Positions 52,161-55,446 of a DNA stretch of 55,446 bases are shown here, piece by piece. Position 1 is the stretch's first letter; every line of letters begins with the position of its first letter. The notes under the pieces are model-generated. The model was given only the letters and a program-made list of their open reading frames with translations. It was not told the DNA's origin and did not search any database. Where the stretch lies: NCBI GenBank assembly GCA_964546555.1, contig CAZJJX010000001.1, positions 1 through 55,446 of the forward strand. The letters run 5' to 3'. The position numbers and the translations under genes were made by a program. Source of the stretch: an uncultured Candidatus Saccharibacteria bacterium. GTDB lineage: Bacteria > Patescibacteriota > Minisyncoccia > Phycocordibacterales > UBA5272.

Positions 52161-52194
52161 AAAAAAAGGGGCGCGATCCTTCGGATCGCGCCCT
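52161..52194 (-). terminator. Intrinsic terminator
   Basis: Minus strand reads gggcgcgatcc-gaa-ggatcgcgccc followed by cttttttt. Confidence 0.85.
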
Positions 52195-52207
52195 CTACCA
52201 CCAACCC

Positions 52208-53323
52208 TTACAGCAACTTCTTTTCAAGTGCCGCAAGATTGTTGTCACTCTTGTTACCGTAGGGCTTCAGTCGCCCTTTGAGGTAATTATTGATCGGAGC
52301 CTTTGCACCAGAGGCAAGCCAAGACTTTGCATTGCGAAGCGCAAGTCCAGGAGCGTGATGTGCAGTTGCCATGTAGGTAACAATGTCACCAGGCTTCCTC
52401 TTAAGCGCAACCTTGAGCACTTCGAATTCTTTTGTGGTTGTCACTTTAGCCAACCTCGCCAGATTATGAAGTGCAAACAGGTACGCCGCCCGATGATGCT
52501 CACCGTTACGGAGCGCAATCACTGACCCTGGGATTTTGAAGCCCGCAGGAAGGAAGCGGTTCACACTCGATGCACCTTCTTTGGTTACATCGTTAAGCGC
52601 GTAGGAGGTGAACTGGTAGAACCCAAGCGACAACATCCTGTCATAGAGTGCCGGTATGGTGAACATGTAGTTGGATCCCGCATTGGTAAGCAAGATCTCA
52701 AGCACTTTCACATTTAGGTCACCTTCTGCAGATGGCATGATTTCGGTCATGCCGTATGCCACAAGGTCAATCCCACGCACATCGTGTGCAAGCTTTTTAA
52801 ACACCTCACACTCAGCCCTGTCCATAGAATAGGCCTTGCAGAGCGCTTGATGATCAAGATGCTTCTTCACGACTGCCACTTGTGCGTCTGCTTCTTTGAC
52901 AAACTGCACAAGCGACATCTTCTTTGGCTCCGTCACATATACTCGGATTGGCTCATCTGCTGCCTTGATCGTCGCCGGTGAAACCGATTTACGATCGAGC
53001 TTTTTGTGCCAAAGAATCGAGAGGTTCTCGCCATAGTTGACACTGTGAGCCTTGCCGAGAGTTCCTTCGATCCCTACGATATCGGCATAGAGACCACCGA
53101 GCTTGCGTCCGGCGATTGAACTGGTGTCTACCACAACTGGCGCCACCTGCTGCGCGAGACCATTAATTTCCTCCTTTTTCTTCTGTATCTCACTTTTTTG
53201 AGGAGGGGATGGGATGGTTACGGGAGACTTCGGCACAACCGACTCCTTCTCTTCCTTCTTGTCTAACAAAAGAAGAGCAAGAAGCGACGTCGCAATGAGC
53301 CACAAAATAATTCGCATTTTCAT
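52208..53323 (-). CDS. Secreted or membrane-anchored hypothetical protein
   Basis: I chose ATG 53323 (MKMRIILWLIATSLLALLLL), with AAAGG 7 nt upstream. G+C is above the local background. No recognisable catalytic motif. Confidence 0.55.
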   Translation of the reverse strand: MKMRIILWLIATSLLALLLLDKKEEKESVVPKSPVTIPSPPQKSEIQKKKEEINGLAQQVAPVVVDTSSIAGRKLGGLYADIVGIEGTLGKAHSVNYGENLSILWHKKLDRKSVSPATIKAADEPIRVYVTEPKKMSLVQFVKEADAQVAVVKKHLDHQALCKAYSMDRAECEVFKKLAHDVRGIDLVAYGMTEIMPSAEGDLNVKVLEILLTNAGSNYMFTIPALYDRMLSLGFYQFTSYALNDVTKEGASSVNRFLPAGFKIPGSVIALRNGEHHRAAYLFALHNLARLAKVTTTKEFEVLKVALKRKPGDIVTYMATAHHAPGLALRNAKSWLASGAKAPINNYLKGRLKPYGNKSDNNLAALEKKLL

Positions 53324-53408
53324 GCTCTGACCTTTCTTCCTTTCGGAAAGTTTTGAAAAAAACAATATCTAGCAATTCATTGTTGTTAAACGCTAGGCTA
53401 CGATTTAT

Positions 53409-53437
53409 ATTATAGCATAAAACTATGCAAAAGTCAA
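53409..53437 (-). promoter_or_regulatory. Near-consensus sigma-70 promoter with extended -10 (minus strand)
   Basis: Minus strand reads TTGACT, 17-nt spacer ending in TGc, then TATAAT. Confidence 0.65.
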
Positions 53438-53443
53438 TATCTG

Positions 53444-53452
53444 TGCTATACT
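53444..53452 (+). promoter_or_regulatory. Extended -10 element (TGcTATACT), 6 nt before the rsmA ATG, which predicts a leaderless mRNA
   Basis: tgctatact-gcatct-ATG(53459). Confidence 0.5.
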
Positions 53453-53458
53453 GCATCT

Positions 53459-54265
53459 ATGTCATACCATGCTCCAAAAAAGTCTCTTGGACAAAACTTT
53501 CTCACCTCTATTCCTGCAAGAATTGCAATGAAAGATGCAGGAGAACTTACATCCTCTGATGTTGTCTTAGAAGTTGGTCCAGGGAAGGGGTTCCTTACCG
53601 AAGAACTCCTAAAGACAGGCGCTTCAGTTATTGCCCTAGAAAAAGACTGTGATCTTATTCCACTTCTTAACGAAAAATTTAAAAACGAAACAGCAACTAA
53701 GCAACTAGTCATCACAGAAGGGGACGTTCTTACCTTTGATCCCACATCATACATTGCGCTAAATAGTTCATACAAACTCATCGCAAACATTCCCTACTAC
53801 ATAACAGGAGCCATTCTTTCTCGCTTCCTTTCACACGAAAAACAGCCGAGCCTCATGGCAGTCCTTGTCCAGAAGGAAGTTGCAGAGCGAGTGTGCGCAA
53901 AAGACGGCAAAGAATCGCTTCTTTCATTATCTGTACAAGCATACGGCACACCTACACTTGCATACAAGGTTTCTAAGGGGAGCTTTTTCCCTATACCAAA
54001 AGTAGATTCTGCAATTCTTAAAATTGCTAACATCTCTCGAAAAAACTTCAAGAACCAATACCACGAGCAATTATTTTTCAAACTTATCCATGCTGGCTTT
54101 GCTCATAAAAGAAAATTCGCACTTTCAAACATCAGACACGTCTTCCCTACATTTCCAATTGAAACCATTGCACACGAACTCCTTATTCCTTCTAACGCTC
54201 GCGCAGAAGACATACACCTCACAACATGGCTTCTCTTTGCAGAACGTCTGTGTTCTTATAAGTAG
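53459..54265 (+). CDS. rsmA: 16S rRNA (adenine1518/1519-N6)-dimethyltransferase
   Basis: Motifs KKSLGQNFL, VLEVGPGKGFLT and ANIPYYIT. Confidence 0.9.
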   Translation: MSYHAPKKSLGQNFLTSIPARIAMKDAGELTSSDVVLEVGPGKGFLTEELLKTGASVIALEKDCDLIPLLNEKFKNETATKQLVITEGDVLTFDPTSYIALNSSYKLIANIPYYITGAILSRFLSHEKQPSLMAVLVQKEVAERVCAKDGKESLLSLSVQAYGTPTLAYKVSKGSFFPIPKVDSAILKIANISRKNFKNQYHEQLFFKLIHAGFAHKRKFALSNIRHVFPTFPIETIAHELLIPSNARAEDIHLTTWLLFAERLCSYK

Positions 54266-54360
54266 GGGACATTGTATAGCACACATCTGTTCTTATCCTC
54301 TTTTTCTAGACAGACTCAAAAAAAGATGCGCTATACTTGATGTATATGCAACAACAAGAG

Positions 54361-55257
54361 ATGTCGACAAAAAAAGCACTCCTTTTACTTGGGGTTCTTA
54401 TTGTGCCACTAGTACTTAGTTTAATAGTGCCTGCCTCATGGGTAGGAATCGAACCAACAGCCACAACAAAAAAACAAATTAACTTAAGCTATTCACTCAA
54501 AAAAAATGACATCGATCTCCCTCATACATGGGGTGAGCTTACCAATAGCACACTTGATCAAGCATCCATCAAGGACCTTGGCTCTAAGAAGTTAACCGAG
54601 GCCGAAACCTCACGTCTTAAAGATCCTAACAATCTCACTGTATCTTTCTCCAAGAACCTCTACGTTGCCTCTACCTACCTAGCAAAGAACCCTGATAATA
54701 ACGCAACAATGCAGAAAGAAATACTCGACACCCTTATCGCAAAGGAAGCATCCAAGATTAAACCTACTGTATTTAACTATAGCGATCTCACAATTGCAAA
54801 ACAAGAGTCAAAAGAATCCATAAAAGCTTACGGCAACACTGTTGCAAAACTTCTTAATGGTATCGTCACAGAAAAAAACATGGCTGATGATATCGGAGCT
54901 CTGTATGCATACCTCGAAACAAAAGACGCTTCCAAGCTTCCTCCTTTACTTAAGGATGCCGACAGAGTAGCAGAACTACACAAAAAACTTCTCGCCGTAT
55001 CAGTTCCACCTTCTGCTTCGATCTATCACCTTACTATGATCAATCGTGTTTCTGCATACGTGGACACACTTGTTAATCTAGCAATGGTACAGGAGGACCC
55101 TGTGCGTGCAACATTATTTATTGATCGTTATATTGAGTCAATAGCAACAGCAGTTGGATCATATAAAGAACTTTCTAACTACTTCCTGCTCCAAAACATC
55201 GTCTTTTCACAAAATGAACCTGGCTATGTCTTTACAGTAGGGTATACTTTTAAATAA
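54361..55257 (+). CDS. Membrane-anchored or secreted hypothetical protein
   Basis: I chose ATG 54361 (MSTKKALLLLGVLIVPLVLSLIV signal-anchor). No recognisable motif. Confidence 0.5.
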   Translation: MSTKKALLLLGVLIVPLVLSLIVPASWVGIEPTATTKKQINLSYSLKKNDIDLPHTWGELTNSTLDQASIKDLGSKKLTEAETSRLKDPNNLTVSFSKNLYVASTYLAKNPDNNATMQKEILDTLIAKEASKIKPTVFNYSDLTIAKQESKESIKAYGNTVAKLLNGIVTEKNMADDIGALYAYLETKDASKLPPLLKDADRVAELHKKLLAVSVPPSASIYHLTMINRVSAYVDTLVNLAMVQEDPVRATLFIDRYIESIATAVGSYKELSNYFLLQNIVFSQNEPGYVFTVGYTFK

Positions 55258-55262
55258 CGTAT

Positions 55263-55418
55263 ATGAAAACATCTCTCCTCCAAAAATATATAGTTCTTAG
55301 TCTTATTCTTAGCATGCATACATATTATGCATCAGCTCTTACTGTATTTGACCCAGCAAACTTTGCAAAAAATGCAGCTCAGCTCATCACCGAAAAGCTT
55401 TCTCTTGCAAAAGACTAA
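55263..55418 (+). CDS. Small signal-peptide ORF (51 aa) with a TrbJ/VirB5-like N-terminal motif, possibly a fragment
   Basis: MKTSLLQKYIVLSLILSMHTYYASA, then LTVFDPANFAKNAAQLI. Ends at a TAATGA double stop 28 nt before the window edge. Confidence 0.25.
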   Translation: MKTSLLQKYIVLSLILSMHTYYASALTVFDPANFAKNAAQLITEKLSLAKD

Positions 55419-55446
55419 TGAATTGTTGGAATACGATAAAGAATAA

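Noticed and set aside
1-55446. Whether an alternative genetic code is in use (UGA recoding, as in some candidate phyla)
   Set aside because: All conserved proteins (rny, clpP, nusA, pgk, tpiA, the helicase, comM and others) are recovered full-length with no in-frame stops under the standard bacterial code.

Overview
This 55.4-kb window is gene-dense, low-GC bacterial chromosome. Most of it is housekeeping: rny, clpP, rsmE, tig, ppa, nusA, tpiA, pgk, rpsO, rsmA, xth, a Xer-type recombinase, a UvrD/PcrA helicase, a ComM/YifB ATPase, a MacAB-like ABC efflux operon and an ECF sigma module. Many orphan secreted or membrane proteins are interspersed. Short intergenic regions, rare Shine-Dalgarno sequences, apparently leaderless genes and many hypothetical surface proteins fit a streamlined Patescibacteria/CPR-like genome, but that placement is inference only. 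I recognised no rRNA, tRNA or CRISPR array. All conserved proteins read through intact under the standard bacterial code. The most unusual locus is 36.4-39.8 kb. There a divergent IS110/IS1111-type recombinase gene (37489-38961, minus) is the only credible ORF in about 3.3 kb. It is flanked by two direct copies of a ~235-bp non-coding module; their 183-bp cores are 97 percent identical. Each copy has a conserved extended -10 promoter, a variable ~45-nt 5' segment and a stem-loop plus U-tract. Next to each copy is an array of ~50-60-nt hairpins with conserved loop motifs and differing (covarying) stems. I read this as a candidate RNA-guided (bridge/seek-RNA-like) recombination module of unusual architecture, possibly a tandem full-plus-ORF-less element pair. 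Secondary observations: an orphan promoter-to-terminator unit of ~325 nt with no long ORF (5748-6075, minus); a GC-rich structured leader in front of an isolated radical-SAM gene; a PPIase-less trigger factor with a His/Asp-rich insert; a promoter plus terminator upstream of nusA; a family of long 3'-UTR hairpins; leaderless extended -10 promoters; G-free CA-rich leaders; a frameshifted gene; and several GC-rich, SD-using islands.
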